Source: Macrostomum lignano (taxonomy: Eukaryota). From it: 64,000 nt of DNA. Shown one piece after another: positions 60,784-64,000 of the stretch (positions are counted from its first letter, which is position 1; each line of letters starts with the position of its first letter). The stretch covers positions 18,877 to 82,876 of the forward strand of contig NIVC01003686.1 in assembly GCA_002269645.1 (NCBI GenBank). The letters run 5' to 3'. A program made the position numbers and the translations under genes. The notes below the pieces were generated by a model. The model worked only from the letters and a program-made list of their open reading frames with translations. It was not told the origin of the DNA and did not search any database.

Positions 60784-62089
60784 TTAGCTAGTTTAACCGC
60801 TAGTAGTACATGTACGACGACTAAACACTTTTTAAATGGCCTATGTTAATCTCTTTCCCGTGCATCATTCCAACGTTCACAGACGTGGCAGATGTCGATA
60901 AACGTCGCTGGATAGTGGGTTTTTACGCATTGCGTTCTCCGAACGACATCGTCAGTTATACGTTGGTCAAACGTCGATGCAATGTCCAGTTAAAGTGACA
61001 CTGTATATGACAAAAAGGAAATGCTTGTTAAAATGAAAATTAAACCACATTGTCAATTTTTCCTTATTAAATATGGATTTCGAAACGAATGCAAAAATAC
61101 GCTTTATTTAGCCAAGCAAAAATCTCTTTAACCTCAGTATTTGTCCGCTGATGGTTGAGATTTTGTTGGGAAGAAATCCCGTTTGAGCAATTCCCAATGG
61201 GGTAGGAAGCGTGTAGGTTAGGAAATCATTAAAGAAAAATGAGGAACATCTGCTAGTCGAATTCCCCAGCTGCAACCAGCTGCCCAATCCATTAAAGAGT
61301 CGAAATATGAGTCGAACTCGGCTTAACACATTCGACACACTCGCCAGTGCCTGTTGATGGATCGACCTCCCCATCCCTCAACATGGGGCACCTGCACGAA
61401 GTTTCACCGCGGAGATGCTCCCCTATCAGTTTTTTTTCCCGCGACAGCCATCCACTTTATAGTCATCCTGGATATCCGAGGAAAGTGTCGTTCAAAACAG
61501 AAAGAAAGATTTGGCAATAAGACTTAGTTGCCTTCGCAAGCACGCAGTCGCTAGGCAATATCCGATTATAAGCCCGCTCAGAGAGAGCTGACAGTGTTGT
61601 TCGAACGAATGGAAAGCAAAGAGTTTTTCCGACTGCAGAACAAGAGGTTCAAGTGGTCATGTCATGTCAGTGCCAGACGACCTACAACAGACGAATATAG
61701 CCAAAGGGGCCTAGGCCTGTACTGACAAATCCTAACAGACCCAAAGCTATAGGCAGTTTGACGAAGCAATAATCGAAAGCACCATCAAACTCTCTCGAGT
61801 TAGCACAGGACTCTCTGTTGGAAGAGTTCAAAGCAAACAACTCGTTCTCAACCTCCAAAGGGTTCAGCTTGATTGAAGAGAACTTTGAAAACGATTAAGG
61901 AATTGATTTTTAATTGCTAGAAACAGAAAACTAGTCTGAAATTTGTTTTATGGTATGGTTAGATACGGTTTATAAGATGGAGAGGGGAGGCCTCTCCAAC
62001 AGCTGCTTCCAAAAAGCAAAATGAAAGGAGCAACTAAGCTCGACAAATGATAGGAGCTCAACTTTGACACCTCCTGAACGTGGCATCCA

Positions 62090-62690
62090 CCGACCAAAAA
62101 GACATGGGCGCCAACCAAGAGACAGGGGCGCCGACCAAGAGACAGGGCGCCAACCAAGAGACAACTGGTACCCACCAAGAGACAGGGCGCCAACCAAGAG
62201 ACAACTGGGTACCCACCAAGAGACAGGGCGGCCAACCAAGAGACAACTGGGTACCACCAAGAGACAGGGCGCCAACCAAGAGACAACTGGGTACCCACCA
62301 AGAGACAGGGCGCCAACCAAGGAAACTGGGTACCACCAAGAGACAGGGCGCCAACCAAGAGACAACTGGGTACCCACCAAGAGACAGGGCGCCAACCAAG
62401 AGACAGGGGCGTCCACAATAGACAGTTGGGTGCCCACCAATAGACAACTGGGTGCCCACCAAGAAACAGGGGCGCCCCACCAAGAGACAGGGGCGCGCAC
62501 CAATAGACAGCTGGGTGCCCACCAAGAAACAGGGGCGCCACCAAGAGACAGGGTCGCGCACCAATAGACAGCTGGGTGCCCACCAAGAAACAGGGGCGCC
62601 CACCAAGAGACAGGGTCGCGCACCAATAGACAGCTGGGTGCCCACCAAGAAACAGGGGCGCCCACCAAGAGACAACGGCGCCAAAAAGAC
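62090..62690. repeat. Composite minisatellite built on CCAAGAGACAGGGCGC / CCAAGAGACAACTGGGTACC units
   Basis: Tandem variant units are directly visible. Confidence 0.9.
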
Positions 62691-63688
62691 CAAATATTGG
62701 CGTCCCTAAAGATTGCCTCCTAGCTCGTAAACAATGAGCTCTTGCACTCTCAGGAAATTGGGGATTGGTCAGCTGTCCAAATCTACTAGATCTACTAGAT
62801 GATATAATCTACTAGCATGATAGTAAAATCAAATGATACTTCTCAGAACACAAGCGTTGGCCTCTCGGGACTTGCAGGCCCAGCCATCCATTTTGTTAAT
62901 CTATTTTCAAATGAGCTGAGTTAAAAGCCTTCAATTTTTCCATTAGCCCCTTGTCTCACTTGACTGAATCTACGATCCAAGCCTCTGCAGCAAGATTTAC
63001 CTGGGAACATTATCTAGATAGCTCAGAATATTAAAGCAAAAACTGCAGCTTACGAAAAAATCCTGCAGATCTTCGAAGCTTTTTCTTGCTTAAAATCTTC
63101 ATGGCCTGAAAAGGTTCGAAAAAAAGATTTATTGGCTCTAATAACGGCTTAGTTCTCTAGAGAAATAAATTTTAATACTTTATGTAAAAGAGACTATATG
63201 AAGCTACTGATTCAGATTCAGTAAGAAATATGCATCGACTTCAACTCACGTAAAGATTGTCATCGATGAGTTGTAGGCAAGTTTTACAATCCCGAACGAT
63301 CCCTGGAATTGCAAGTTCAATAAAAACTTTTTCAAGCCCCCGTCTCATGCCTATCTGTTGTTACAATTTTAGGATCTTTTTAGTAAATGTTTCAAACAGT
63401 CGCATTTTGCTTTTCTGTAAGAACCGCAGCTGAGCCTGTGCTTGGGGCTGGAATTATTTTTAGATGTTTTCATTCCAAAAAGGTGCTCAGCTAAAAATAG
63501 GTCACGAATGGGGCAGCTAAGTGCATTTTGCAATCCCAAGTGAAGCGAACCTGTTTGAGCAGTTTGTTTGTGCAGGAAACATAATGGGCGAGCATTGTAG
63601 ACTGTGGTCAAGTGTTTTAGGAGTTTCATTAGAAACTTTTCAGGCTTTCATGTAGAATACGCCAACTTATAATCGGGGACAAAATACC

Positions 63689-63905
<217 letters not shown>

Positions 63906-64000
63906 AACAGGGCAGAGGTGGGCAGCGGAGGAAGCCAGGTTAATCAATTTGTCAGTGCGTTCGTGTCTCCGAACCGGATTCCAGTCTGTCAAAAAACTCG

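Overview
Eukaryotic (metazoan invertebrate) genomic DNA: spliceosomal GT-AG introns, GC-rich exons, minisatellite-filled introns and a 640-N assembly gap. The style resembles the flatworm Macrostomum, but this is inference only. The minus strand carries PI4KB (complete, 4 exons), SEC31 (complete, 7 exons, with many single-base frameshifts) and the 3' six exons of a CaMKK. A transposon-dense block at 19.9-32.5 kb holds a hATw-like TIR element with a 7-bp TSD, a Ty3/gypsy element nested in a solo LTR, and a second decayed gypsy. The most notable region (33-50 kb) is a plus-strand tandem array of intronless DEG/ENaC channel genes: two intact, three relics. The intact channels have unusually cysteine-poor extracellular domains, and three paralogs share an upstream motif. 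A full-length RNase H-bearing LINE with a TAATG stop-start junction and a tRNA-derived SINE have inserted into their 5' regions. The window also contains an orphan 2-TM ORF, a 222-bp near-perfect hairpin, MITEs, SINEs and about ten distinct minisatellites. There is no rRNA, true tRNA gene or CRISPR array. All alignments and counts were done by eye; no database searches were run.
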